Source: Alphaproteobacteria bacterium (GTDB lineage: Bacteria > Pseudomonadota > Alphaproteobacteria > SHVV01). From it: a DNA stretch of 64,000 bases. The DNA lies in NCBI GenBank assembly GCA_965261735.1, contig OZ253470.1:960001-1024000 (forward strand), written 5' to 3'. Made by a program: the position numbers and the translations under genes. Positions 1 through 9,998 of the stretch are shown here, piece after piece; within the stretch, counting starts at the first letter, position 1, and each line of letters starts with the position of its first letter. Under the pieces are notes generated by a model that had not been told where the DNA came from, did no database searches, and saw only the letters and a list, made by a program, of their open reading frames with translations.

Positions 1-3000
1 GGCACCTTGGGATGCTCGGTCAGGCGAAATCCGGCGCGCATGTCGATCTCCCAGCGCGGCAGGTCGACTGTCCCCTTGAGATCGCCGGCCGCGGCGTCGA
101 GCCGGGCCTGAAAGTCGGTCGCCCTGACGATGCCATCGACCACGAGGAACTCGCCTTCGATCGTGCTGAACCGCGTTTCGCCGCCGCTCAGGCTGTCCTG
201 CAGGAGGGCGAGGAAGTCCAAAGCCTGGTCGAGGCGCTTGAGGCGGTCGCTCAGCCGCCTGAGATCGATCCCCTTGATCGCGCCGTCGCGCGCGGTGATA
301 ACGGCGCTGCCGTTGAGGCCGGCGATCAGTTCGCGCTCGCTCGCGCCGGCGGAGGTGAACTCGCCATCGACATCGACGCGCCCGCGCACGCCGCCAAAGC
401 CCATGGCCGTCGGCGCCACGCTCTCGAGTCGGGCGTCTCGCAGCGCCAGCGTCACCGCCGCGCGCGGCGGGGATGCGTTCCCCAACCGGGCACCCAGCGC
501 GAGGTCGCCGCCGAGCATGGTGCCAGCCAGGGGGTTTACGTTGAGAACCCCGTCGAGGAGCGTGAGCGCGAGGCGCGGCTCGCCGACCTCGTAGGCGCCG
601 TAGATGAGGGCGCGGGAGCGCAGCGCCACCTCGGCATCGAGCGCGCCGAGAAAGCTGAAATCGATCGGCTCGGACGACCAACGCGATGACGACGCCCCTG
701 CCCTACGCGCTCGTGGCGCGCCCGCCGAGGCCGTCGCCTTGGTCGGTAGCGGCAGGAACAAATCGACGAAAATGTCGCTCGTGCTGAGGTCGGCGTCGAG
801 CCGTGGGTGCGGGCCGTCGTAACGCAGGCTCGCCGAGCCCTCGAGGTTCACCGGGCCGATGCTGCCCGACAGCCCGCTCAACTTGACCGCACCCGCCTCG
901 CCGACGACGTCGGCCTCGAGCGCGAGCCCACCGAGATTGGCGGTCGCCGGCCGGTAGTCGATGCCGGCCAGTCGAAGGGCGCCCTCGACGCTGTCGAAGC
1001 GCGTGGCGACCGCCAGTGCATAAGCCGGCCCAGCGCCAGGATCGAGTGTCCCCGTGACCGACAACTCAGCTCCCGCCGCGGATCCGGCGACATCCACCGT
1101 CAGGCGGCGCACGTCGCCGTTGACCCGACCCTTGAGTGACAGTGGGCCGCTCAGCCCCGGTAGCGGCGCCGCGGCAAATAACTGGGCCAGCGCGGCCACA
1201 TCCTTGCTTTGTGCATCGAACACGATGTCGACGCTTCCCGCGGTAGCCAGACTACCCTTTACCTCGAGCTGGCTCGCCGCCGCTTGTAGCGCCACGTCAA
1301 GCTGATAGACATCGCCAGCGCGAGCCACGGTACCCGCGGCGGCGACCGCGCCAAGCGCGACATGCGGGAGCGGCGCCGCGCGGCGCGCGAGCCGCAGTAA
1401 CTCAACCGACTCGCTCGCCTGCACGTCGAACTTGATCGTGAAATCGGGAACGCCGTCGAACCCGCTGGCGCGACCCGACAGCGCCACCTTGGCCCCGCCG
1501 AGGTCGCCCGCGCGAGCGTCCCGTATCGTCAGCCTGCCGCGAATGAGCGTGAAGTCGAGGACGAGATCGCTGATCTGCGTCTGGCTGTAGGTCAGGTTCC
1601 GGACTCGCACCTTGACGTCGGCGTCGACCCCGCCGAGGGCGGCGAGGCGCGCCTCCGCGGGTTTGCTCGGCGTGGCGGCCGCGTCCGAATCGGCCGCGGG
1701 CGTCGCGCGCGCCGGCGGCAAGTAGGCATCCGCGTTAAGGCGGTCGAGCTCGATGTCGATGCTGAAGGATGGCCGCGCGCGTAGTGCATAGGCCAGCCCC
1801 CCGGTGAGGCGTGACGAGTCGAGGCGCAGGTCCACGCCGTAGATCTGGATCAAGTCGGGCGTCAACCGCAGCGTGCTGGTGAGGACGAATTTGCGCAGGC
1901 GATCGGCGGGAACGGCGTCGGTGTCGATCTTGAGCCAGCCGAGCACCGCGCGCAGGTTGTCGGAGGCGGCCTCGAGTCGGGCCGTGAACTCCGGCACGCC
2001 GTCGCGCGCCGCGACGCTGCCGGCGAGGCTGATGTCGGAGCCGCCGGGCAATAGCGCGCTGATCCGGCGTACGGTAACCACCCCTTCGGCCATGGTCGCT
2101 TCGACCGCGAACTGGCGGGCGACCTGATCGTTGTAAACCAATGCCTCGACGACGAGGCTGAAGCTACCGGCGACGTTGGTCGGGAGCGCGAAGCCCGGAT
2201 CGGCGGCGCGGGCGCCGCTGGACCGTGTCGCGGACGCGGGCGCCGGTGCTCGAGGGGCGTCCGCGCCGCCGATCCACCGGTCGAGATCGAAGCGGTTGAC
2301 CGCGAGCGCCGCATCGACTCGCAGGGTTTCACCAAACGCCGCGCTCAGCGCACCTGAGGCCACGGCATCGCCGAGTGTGAGGGTAAGCTCGTTGAGAGCC
2401 AACTCCTGGACCGACGCGTCGATCGCCGTGGTCACCGCGAACGGCTGGGCCATCGCCGGTGGCGCCGAGGCTCCGCCGATCGCATCCCCAAGTTGGGTCC
2501 ATGCGCGCCCAAGGTCATCACCGGCCACGGCCAGCTTGCCCCTGACGCGCGCCGCCGCCCCGAGCTCCGACGCACTACCCTGAAAGGTGAGCTCCGCGGT
2601 GTCCTCGCCGAGCGTCACCCTCGCCCTCAGCGGAACGCCGCCACTGGCGCCAACTTCACCCACCGCGACCTCGAAGGCGACCGGCACGCCGCTCACTTGG
2701 AGGGCGCCCTCGGTCTCCGATGGGCCGGCGAACGAGTCGGCGCGCAGGCGGGCGTTCAATTCCTCGATGGCGACTAGCCGACCGCTCGCGGTATCGCGAT
2801 AGATAAGGGTGCCGTTCTCGACCGCGAGGCTGGCAATTGCGATGGCCGGCGCGGCGCTCGCGCGGCCCGCGTCTTCGTCCGCGCCGCCGGCGCCGTCGGG
2901 GGCGGCCAGCACCCAGTTGCGGCGGCCGTCGGCCAGCACCTCGAGTTCGATCACCGGATCGACGAGGGTGATCGTGCTGAAGGCGATCCTGCCGCGCAGC

Positions 3001-3287
3001 AGCGGACCAAGCTGCAGCGCGACCTCGATCGATTCGGCGCTCGCCATGTCGGGAGCCACGGCGCCTTCGACATTGGCGAGCCGGACCGATCGCGCGGCGA
3101 GAACCGGCGCCGGTAGCACGCTGAGCGAAAGGTCGCCCTCGATCGTCAGCTTGCGCCCCGTCGCCGCCTCGACGCGGGCCGCGAACTCGGGCTTGTAGTC
3201 GTTCCAGTCGACAAAAGCCGGAACGATGGCCAGCGCCGCGACAAGCAAGACGATCACAACGCCGAGGGCGACGAGCGCTCTGTTCAC
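1..3287 (-). CDS. AsmA family protein (3' end runs off window)
   Basis: Manual translation from GTG 3287: MNRALVALGVVIVLLVAALAIVPAFVDWNDYKPEFAARVEAATGRKLTIEGDLSLSVLPAP, the typical AsmA N-terminus. Later segments (LDRLNADAYLPP, RWSSEPIDFSFLGALD) also fit. Absent from the ORF track because no stop lies inside the window. Confidence 0.85.
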   Translation of the reverse strand, partial: MNRALVALGVVIVLLVAALAIVPAFVDWNDYKPEFAARVEAATGRKLTIEGDLSLSVLPAPVLAARSVRLANVEGAVAPDMASAESIEVALQLGPLLRGRIAFSTITLVDPVIELEVLADGRRNWVLAAPDGAGGADEDAGRASAAPAIAIASLAVENGTLIYRDTASGRLVAIEELNARLRADSFAGPSETEGALQVSGVPVAFEVAVGEVGASGGVPLRARVTLGEDTAELTFQGSASELGAAARVRGKLAVAGDDLGRAWTQLGDAIGGASAPPAMAQPFAVTTAIDASVQELALNELTLTLGDAVASGALSAAFGETLRVDAALAVNRFDLDRWIGGADAPRAPAPASATRSSGARAADPGFALPTNVAGSFSLVVEALVYNDQVARQFAVEATMAEGVVTVRRISALLPGGSDISLAGSVAARDGVPEFTARLEAASDNLRAVLGWLKIDTDAVPADRLRKFVLTSTLRLTPDLIQIYGVDLRLDSSRLTGGLAYALRARPSFSIDIELDRLNADAYLPPARATPAADSDAAATPSKPAEARLAALGGVDADVKVRVRNLTYSQTQISDLVLDFTLIRGRLTIRDARAGDLGGAKVALSGRASGFDGVPDFTIKFDVQASESVELLRLARRAAPLPHVALGAVAAAGTVARAGDVYQLDVALQAAASQLEVKGSLATAGSVDIVFDAQSKDVAALAQLFAAAPLPGLSGPLSLKGRVNGDVRRLTVDVAGSAAGAELSVTGTLDPGAGPAYALAVATRFDSVEGALRLAGIDYRPATANLGGLALEADVVGEAGAVKLSGLSGSIGPVNLEGSASLRYDGPHPRLDADLSTSDIFVDLFLPLPTKATASAGAPRARRAGASSSRWSSEPIDFSFLGALDAEVALRSRALIYGAYEVGEPRLALTLLDGVLNVNPLAGTMLGGDLALGARLGNASPPRAAVTLALRDARLESVAPTAMGFGGVRGRVDVDGEFTSAGASERELIAGLNGSAVITARDGAIKGIDLRRLSDRLKRLDQALDFLALLQDSLSGGETRFSTIEGEFLVVDGIVRATDFQARLDAAAGDLKGTVDLPRWEIDMRAGFRLTEHPKV

Positions 3288-3431
3288 ATCGTTACCATGA
3301 GTGGCGACCGCCGAGCCGGGCGCCGAGACCGGTTGAACGGCAAACCAAATCGGTTAAGCTAGCAGCGACATTTTCAGCTTAGTGCAGGCGCGCGCCAATG
3401 CAAAGTGCGCGCGGGCGTTGGCAGAGAAGCC

Positions 3432-3641
3432 ATGGGTGACCTCATCCAACTCGACCGGGCGCGCAAGGAGCGCGAGTACGCCGCCAGGAAGCGGCGCGCG
3501 GCTGACGTCCGGCTTCGACAGCGCCGCACCAAGGCCGAGCGCGAGCTGGCGCAGTGGAAGGCCGAGCAACGCAAGCGCGACCTCGACGGCAAGCGGCTCG
3601 CTACCACGCCGTCGCCTCATGAGCCCTGGGGCCGGCCGTAG
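3432..3641 (+). CDS. small basic protein, DUF4169-like
   Basis: MGDLIQLDRARKERE...RRTKAERE...RDLDGKRL matches the alphaproteobacterial DUF4169 pattern; AGAAG precedes ATG 3432. Confidence 0.7.
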   Translation: MGDLIQLDRARKEREYAARKRRAADVRLRQRRTKAERELAQWKAEQRKRDLDGKRLATTPSPHEPWGRP

Positions 3642-3736
3642 GCCACCGACGTACATCACATACCCACCACCGCCGGTGCCGCATCGCCGGGGTACCCGCC
3701 TCCGGCCATTCCGGCCACGCTATCAGGAGATCAGCC

Positions 3737-5417
3737 ATGAAAGCCTCTGACCTGTTCGTGCGATGCCTGGAGAAAGAGGGCGTGACCCGCATCTTCGGCA
3801 TCCCCGGCGAGGAAAACGCCGACGTCATGATCTCGCTGATCGATAGCCCCATCGACTTCGTGCTGTGCCGGCACGAGCAGGCTGCCGCCTTCATGGCCGA
3901 TGCCTACGGGCGCCTCACCGGCAAGGCCGGCGTGTGCCTCGGCACCCTCGGCCCCGGCGCGACCAACCTCGTCACCGGCGTCGCCGACGCCAACATGGAC
4001 CGCGCACCGCTCGTCTGCATCATCGGCCAAGCCAGTACCCGGCGGCTACACAAGGAAAACCACCAGAACATGGATGCCATCGCCATGTACCGGCCGATCA
4101 CCAAATGGGCGCAAACGATAAACGACCCGAGCAACATTCCCGAGGTCGTGCGCAAGGCGTTCAAGGTGGCCGAGGCGGAGAAACCGGGCGCAACGGTCAT
4201 CGAGTTTCCGGAGAACCTCGCCGAGGAGGAGGTCGCCGAGCCGCCGATGGCGGTGCACAAGACGCGCCGCGCCGCCGCCGATCACAAGGTCGTGGCCTAG
4301 GCCATCGATATCCTTGCCGAGGCCAAGGATCCGCTGATCCTGGCCGGCAACGGCGCCGTGCGCAAGCGCGCGGCCTCACAACTACAGCGCCTGGCGCACA
4401 AGACCGGCATCGCCGTCGTCAACACCTTCATGGGCAAGGGCGCGGTGCCGCGTAGCGACCCGCACTGCCTTATTCACCCTCGGCCTGTAGGGCCGCGACC
4501 ACGTCAACGCGGTGATCGACAAGGCCGACGTCATCATTTCGGTGGGCTACGATCTGGTCTAGTACAGCCCCTCGCATTGGAACAAGAGCGGCGGCAAGAA
4601 GATCGTCCACATTGACTTCTCGCCGGCCGAGATCGACGAGGCCTACCCGGTCACTGTCGAGATCGTCGCCGACGTCGCCGATGCGCTGTGGCAGCTCAAC
4701 GAGGAGATCAACAACCGCTTCGCCAACCGCATGCCACTATTCAAGATCGAGGACCGCGCCGGCCTGCGCCAGACCATCCTCGACGACTTCGCGATGGAGA
4801 AGGACGACACGTCCTTCCCGATGAAGCCGCAGAAGATCCTGTGGGAGGTGCGTGAGTTTCTCGGGGCCGAGGACATCCTGCTGTCGGACGTCGGCGCGCA
4901 CAAAATGTGGATCTCGCGTTATTACCAGTGCGACGAAGCCAATACCTGGTGCGACGAAGCCAATACCTGCCTTATCTCCAACGGCTTCTGCACGATGGGT
5001 TTCGCCTTTCCCGGCTCGATCGGCGCCAAGATCGCGTTTCCAGAGCGCAAAGTGATGTCGATCTCGGGCGACGCCGGCTTCCTGATGAACGTCCAGGACC
5101 TAGAGACCGCGGTGCGCAAACGTCTCAATGTGGTCGCCATGGTGTGGCTCGACGGCGAATACGGCCTCATCAAGTGGAAGCAGCAGAACACCTTCGACGG
5201 CCGCCACTCCGACCTCGCCTTCACCAATCCCGACTTCGAGCTGCTCGCCAAGGCCTTCGGCCTGTGGGGGCGGACCATCACCGGTCCTGGCCAGCTTGAG
5301 GGCGCGCTCACGGAAGCCTTCGCCCAGAAGGGCCCGGCGATCATCGCCGTGCCCGTCGACTACGCCGAGAACCGCAAGCTCACCAAGCGCCTGGGCGAGA
5401 TCGAGTTCACGATTTAA
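3737..5417 (+). pseudogene. acetolactate synthase large subunit-like ThDP enzyme, disrupted
   Basis: Motifs FGIPGEEN, RHEQAAAFMA, GPGATN and GDAGFLMN. In-frame TAG at 4298, 4488 and 4560, a +1 frameshift near 4470, and a 21-bp tandem duplication at 4929-4970. Confidence 0.9.
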
Positions 5418-5445
5418 GAAGCAAGGCCTTAGTGCGGCGGGGCCC

Positions 5446-6831
5446 CTACACCCGGACCACCTTGCCCGGGTTCATGATGTTGTCGGGGTCGAGGGCGCGC
5501 TTTATGTCGCGCATCACCGCGACTGCATCGCCGTGCTCGGCGACGAGGAAGTCGAGCTTGCCGAGGCCGACGCCGTGCTCACCCGTCGAGGTCCCGCCCA
5601 GGTCGAGCGCGCGCATCACCAGCCGCTCGTTCAAGCGCTTGGCCTCGGCGATGTCGGCCGCATCGTCCGGGTCGACTAGCAGCACCACGTGGAAGTTGCC
5701 GTCGCCGACATGGCCGACGATGGGGGCGATGAGGAAGGAATCGTCGAGGTCGCGGCGGGTCTCGGCGATGCACGCGGCGAGCCTCGATATCGGCACGCAG
5801 ACGTCGGTCGGGAACGCCTTGGCGCCGGGGCGCAGCGCCATCGCCGCGTAGGCCGCGTCGTGGCGCGCCTGCCATAGCCGGTTGCGCTCTTCCGTCTTGG
5901 TCGTCCACTGGAAGTCGCTGCCGCCGAACTCGGCGGCGATCTCCTGCACGGATTTGGCCTGCTCGGCGACCGCGGCTGCGGACCCGTGGAACTCGAGGAA
6001 CAGGGTCGGCCTGGCCGCGTAATCGAGCTTCGAGTAGCGATTGCAGGCGTCCATCTGCACTTCGTCCAGCAGCTCGATGCGCGCCACCGGGATGCCCGAC
6101 TGGATGGTGAGGATAACGGCATTGACCGCGCCCTCGAGGTCGGTAAAGCCGCACACTGCCGCCGACATCGCCTCGGGCACCCCATAGAGGCGGAGCGTCA
6201 CCTCGGTGATGACGCCGAGCGTGCCCTCGGAGCCCACGAACAGGCGCGTCAGGTCATAGCCCGCCGAGGATTTGCGCGCACGGTTGCCGGTACGGATGAC
6301 ACGCCCGTCGGCGAGCACCACGGTGAGGCCGAGCACGTTCTCGCGCATGGTGCCGTAGCGCACCGCGTTGGTGCCCGAGGCGCCGGTCGCCGCCATGCCG
6401 CCGAGCGAGGCGTCGGCGCCGGGATCGATGGGGAAGAACAGGCCCGAGTCGCGTAGGTGGTGGTTGAGCTGCTTGCGGGTAACGCCAGCCTCGACGGTCG
6501 TGTCGAGGTCCTCGGCGCTGACGCGGACGATCTCGTTCATACCGGTCATGTCGACGGACACGCCGCCGTGGACCGCCGCCACGTGCCCCTCGAGCGAGGT
6601 GCCGGCGCCGAACGGGATCAGCGGCGTGCCGCCACGCGCGCAGAGCCGCACGATTTCGGCCACCTCCGCGGTCGAGCGCGCGAACGCCACCGCGTCGGGC
6701 GGCTGCGGCGGATGCCAGGATTCGTCCTTGCCGTGGTGGGCGCGCACGGCCGCCGCCGTCGATAGGCGCTCGCCGAGGAGGGCGCGCAGCTCGGCGACGA
6801 CGTCGTCGCCGGGCGATGGTCGGGCAGTCAT
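5446..6831 (-). CDS. FAD-linked oxidase, D-lactate dehydrogenase (cytochrome)/GlcD family
   Basis: Motifs PFGAGTSLEGH, IDPGADASLGGM, GSEGTLG, GHVGDGNFH, GEHGVG and NIMNPGK. Confidence 0.9.
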   Translation of the reverse strand: MTARPSPGDDVVAELRALLGERLSTAAAVRAHHGKDESWHPPQPPDAVAFARSTAEVAEIVRLCARGGTPLIPFGAGTSLEGHVAAVHGGVSVDMTGMNEIVRVSAEDLDTTVEAGVTRKQLNHHLRDSGLFFPIDPGADASLGGMAATGASGTNAVRYGTMRENVLGLTVVLADGRVIRTGNRARKSSAGYDLTRLFVGSEGTLGVITEVTLRLYGVPEAMSAAVCGFTDLEGAVNAVILTIQSGIPVARIELLDEVQMDACNRYSKLDYAARPTLFLEFHGSAAAVAEQAKSVQEIAAEFGGSDFQWTTKTEERNRLWQARHDAAYAAMALRPGAKAFPTDVCVPISRLAACIAETRRDLDDSFLIAPIVGHVGDGNFHVVLLVDPDDAADIAEAKRLNERLVMRALDLGGTSTGEHGVGLGKLDFLVAEHGDAVAVMRDIKRALDPDNIMNPGKVVRV

Positions 6832-6927
6832 GGGCGCCTCCCTTCGCGCACCAACCTACGCCGTGGCGCAGTGACCCGCAATTGCCCGCGACTATACATC
6901 GCAGCCCGCCGTCTCTATCATCGCCGC

Positions 6928-7419
6928 ATGACGTGGGACACGCCCATCAACGTCGCCGGGGAGACCGTCCCCGACGAATGGATCGACTACAACGGCCACA
7001 TGAACGTCGCCTATTATCTGCTCGCGTTCGACCACGCGACCGACGTGCTGTTCGATCGGATCGGCCTCGGCGTCGACTACATGAGGCGGGCGGCGCACTC
7101 GACCTTCACGCTCGAGTCGCACCTCAATTTCCTGCGCGAGCTCGGCGCCGGCGATTCCACGCGTTTCAGCTTCCAATTGATCGACCACGACCGCAAGCGC
7201 ATGCACTATTTCGGCCGCATGTTTCATGCCAACGAGAATTACCTGGCGGCGACCATGGAGTGGCTGTCGATCCACGTCAGCCTGGAGACGCGGCGCTCGG
7301 CGGAGATGGGCCCGGCGTTGCGAGCGACGCTCGGCGAGGTGGCGGCCGCGCATCGGGCGCTCGCGCGCCCTGCCGAAGCCGGCCGCGTAATCGGCCTCCG
7401 CCAGGGCAAGGCCGCGTGA
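6928..7419 (+). CDS. thioesterase family protein (hotdog fold)
   Basis: EWIDYNGHMNVAYY motif. Confidence 0.85.
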   Translation: MTWDTPINVAGETVPDEWIDYNGHMNVAYYLLAFDHATDVLFDRIGLGVDYMRRAAHSTFTLESHLNFLRELGAGDSTRFSFQLIDHDRKRMHYFGRMFHANENYLAATMEWLSIHVSLETRRSAEMGPALRATLGEVAAAHRALARPAEAGRVIGLRQGKAA

Positions 7420-7997
7420 GGGCAGACCGCACCCCGGCCAAGGGGTGGACCCGAGCGGCCCTGAGTGGCGGCGTCCTGGCGGGAGTCTGGCTCGCCGCCG
7501 CCCCGGCGATGGCGGCGTGCACGGACCCTGCGGCACCCGGCGTCGACTGGCAGCGCTGTTATTTCGAGGAGCGCAACCTCAGCGAGGCCAACCTTACCGG
7601 CGCCAACCTGCGCGACGCGCGCTTTCACCGAAGCAACCTGACGGGCGCCGTACTCGCCGACGTCGACGCATTTCACGCCAAGTTCAACACCGCCAAATTG
7701 GCGCGCGCGACATTCGATGGCGCGCGCCTCACCGAGGTCGACTTTTCCAAGGCCGACCTTACCGACGCCTCGCTCAAGAACGCCGATCTGCGGCGCGCGC
7801 GGCTGTTCCGAACCATACTGCGTGGCGCCGATCTTACCGGAGCGCAGCTGCGCGGTGCCGATCTGACGCGGGCCGATCTGTCGGGCGCCCTGTGGATCAA
7901 CGGCACCACGATCTGTGCCGAGGGCTCGATCGGTCAATGCAAGGCGCAAGCCGCAAGCGGCGGCAGGGCGCAGGCCGGCAGCGCGGGCGGCACGTAG
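7416..7997 (+). CDS. exported pentapeptide-repeat protein
   Basis: GTG start overlaps the upstream TGA; signal-like segment ending AMA; A(D/N)Lxx repeats; Cys pairs in both caps. Confidence 0.85.
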   Translation: MRADRTPAKGWTRAALSGGVLAGVWLAAAPAMAACTDPAAPGVDWQRCYFEERNLSEANLTGANLRDARFHRSNLTGAVLADVDAFHAKFNTAKLARATFDGARLTEVDFSKADLTDASLKNADLRRARLFRTILRGADLTGAQLRGADLTRADLSGALWINGTTICAEGSIGQCKAQAASGGRAQAGSAGGT

Positions 7998-8137
7998 ACG
8001 CCGGCCGAAGCGAGCAAGCGGGGCGGCGCAGGGGATGACGGAGGCTCGAGAGCGGCCGTGGCGCGCGCCGTGCCCGACTACCGCCGATTGACGCCCAGCC
8101 CCGGCGGGCCCGCTCGGGCCGCAGGCGCACCCGCCCC

Positions 8138-9913
8138 ATGACATTTCTCCCGCGCTGGCGCCAGCCCATCCCCTGGCGGCGTGTGGCGCGCAACGAACAG
8201 GTCATCCTGTCCACCCTTGCGGTGTTGATCGGCGTCGTCGTGGCTTTCGGATCGATCGGTTTTCGCATCGCCATCGATTGGGTCCAGAGCGCCTTCTACG
8301 GCTTCTCCTCGGACGACGTCTTCACCCTCGCGGGCGCCCTCCCCTGGTGGCAGGTGTTGCTTGCGCCGGCCGCCGGCGGGTTCCTCATCGGTCTCTTTAT
8401 TCACTACGCGATGCCTGGCCGCCGGCCGCTCGGCGTCGCCCACGTCATTACGGCGGGCGCCCACAGCGGCGGGCGTATGTCGGTGCGCCAGGGCTTGAGC
8501 GCGGCAGCGGTCGACGCCGCCTCGCTCGGGGTCGGCGGCTCGGCCGGGCGCGAGGGGCCCATGGTCCACCTCGGCGCCCCCGCGGCCGCGTTCGTCGCCG
8601 AACGCTTCCACCTCCCACCCTCGCTCTCGATCACGCTGCTCGGCTGCGGCGTCGCAGCGGGAGTCGCGGCCTCGTTCAACGCGCCCATCGCCGGCGTGTT
8701 CTTTGCCCTCGAGGTGGTGATCGGCCACTACGCACTGAGTGCCCTCGCACCGATCGTCATCGCCTCGGTCGCCGGCACCCTCATCGCGCGCATGCACTTC
8801 GGCGACTTTCCGGCCTTCGTCATTCCCGACTACCGCATTGCCTCGGTGCTCGAATTCCCGGCGTTCCTGCTCCTCGGCCTGGTGTCCGCTGCGGTCGCCG
8901 TCATCCTCATGCGCAGCGTTTTCTTGGTCGAGGACACGGCCGACCAACGCCGCATCCCGCGCTGGTGCCGGCCGGCCGTCGGCGGGCTCGTCGTGGGTGC
9001 CATCGCGATCTTCTTTCCCCAGGTTCTCGGCGTCGGCTACGAGGCCACCGACGCCGCACTCAATGAGCAGTTTGCGCTGTGGCTGTTCATCGCCCTCATC
9101 GTCGCCAAAACGGTGGCGACCGCGGCCACGCTGGGTTCGGGCTTCGGCGGCGGCGTGTTCAGCCCGTCGCTCTTCCTCGGCGCCATGACCGGCGGCGCCT
9201 TCGGCATTATTGCCGCCAACGTCTTTCCCGAGCTCGCCGCCAGCCACGGCCTCTACGCTATTATCGGCATGGGTGCGGTGGCGGCACCGGTGCTCGGCGC
9301 GCCCATATCCACCATCCTCATCCTGTTCGAGCTCACGGGCGACTACGCCGTCACCGTGGCGGCGATGATCGCCGTCGCGGTGGCCAGCATCGCCACTCAC
9401 CAGCTGCTCGGGAGGTCGTACTTCACCTGGCAGCTCGAACGCCAAGGCCTGACCCTCAAGGGCGGCCGGCCACGCCACTTGCTGCGCACCTCGAGAGCCC
9501 CGGACCTGATGAGCGCGGCCTTCCACCTGGTGCCGCACGACACGCCGATCCCGGGCATCCGCGAGCGCGTTCAGGCGGCGCCCGAGGACACCTTCTTCGT
9601 GGTCGACGACAAGAACCGCCTGGCCGGCACCCTGGGCCTTGCCGAGCTCATGTCGGTAGCCTTCGATCCGGCGCTCGACGACCTCGTGAACGCGCGCGAC
9701 CTGGCCCGCCCGCCGCCGGCACTGGTTGCCGCGGACGACAGCCTGGAGACGGCGCTCGAGGTCTTCGACACGTGCCATGCCGAGACCGTTCCGGTCGTCG
9801 GCGAGCGCCGCAACAAGCATGTGGTTGGCGTGCTGCGCCACCGCGACGTGCTCCTCGCCTACAACCAGGCGCTCCGCGCCGCCCAGGCCGAGGAACACGA
9901 CGAGGCGCGGTGA
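8138..9913 (+). CDS. ClC chloride channel/transporter with C-terminal CBS pair
   Basis: GREGP, FNAPIAG and GGVFSPS motifs, hydrophobic helices, CBS-like tail. Confidence 0.92.
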   Translation: MTFLPRWRQPIPWRRVARNEQVILSTLAVLIGVVVAFGSIGFRIAIDWVQSAFYGFSSDDVFTLAGALPWWQVLLAPAAGGFLIGLFIHYAMPGRRPLGVAHVITAGAHSGGRMSVRQGLSAAAVDAASLGVGGSAGREGPMVHLGAPAAAFVAERFHLPPSLSITLLGCGVAAGVAASFNAPIAGVFFALEVVIGHYALSALAPIVIASVAGTLIARMHFGDFPAFVIPDYRIASVLEFPAFLLLGLVSAAVAVILMRSVFLVEDTADQRRIPRWCRPAVGGLVVGAIAIFFPQVLGVGYEATDAALNEQFALWLFIALIVAKTVATAATLGSGFGGGVFSPSLFLGAMTGGAFGIIAANVFPELAASHGLYAIIGMGAVAAPVLGAPISTILILFELTGDYAVTVAAMIAVAVASIATHQLLGRSYFTWQLERQGLTLKGGRPRHLLRTSRAPDLMSAAFHLVPHDTPIPGIRERVQAAPEDTFFVVDDKNRLAGTLGLAELMSVAFDPALDDLVNARDLARPPPALVAADDSLETALEVFDTCHAETVPVVGERRNKHVVGVLRHRDVLLAYNQALRAAQAEEHDEAR

Positions 9914-9998
9914 GCGGCCCGGCGCGGGGGCAGCTCCGACCACTCTCCGCTCCGGCGCGACTGGGCGCCGGTCGTGTTATATTGACGTCCTAAGCCCC

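Noticed and set aside
7570-7890. Short-period DNA repeats
   Set aside because: Explained by pentapeptide-repeat coding; no CRISPR-like repeat-spacer array was seen anywhere in the window.
8138-9913. Fluoride-specific CLC-F
   Set aside because: It has GREGP rather than GREGT, and no fluoride riboswitch-like leader is visible.
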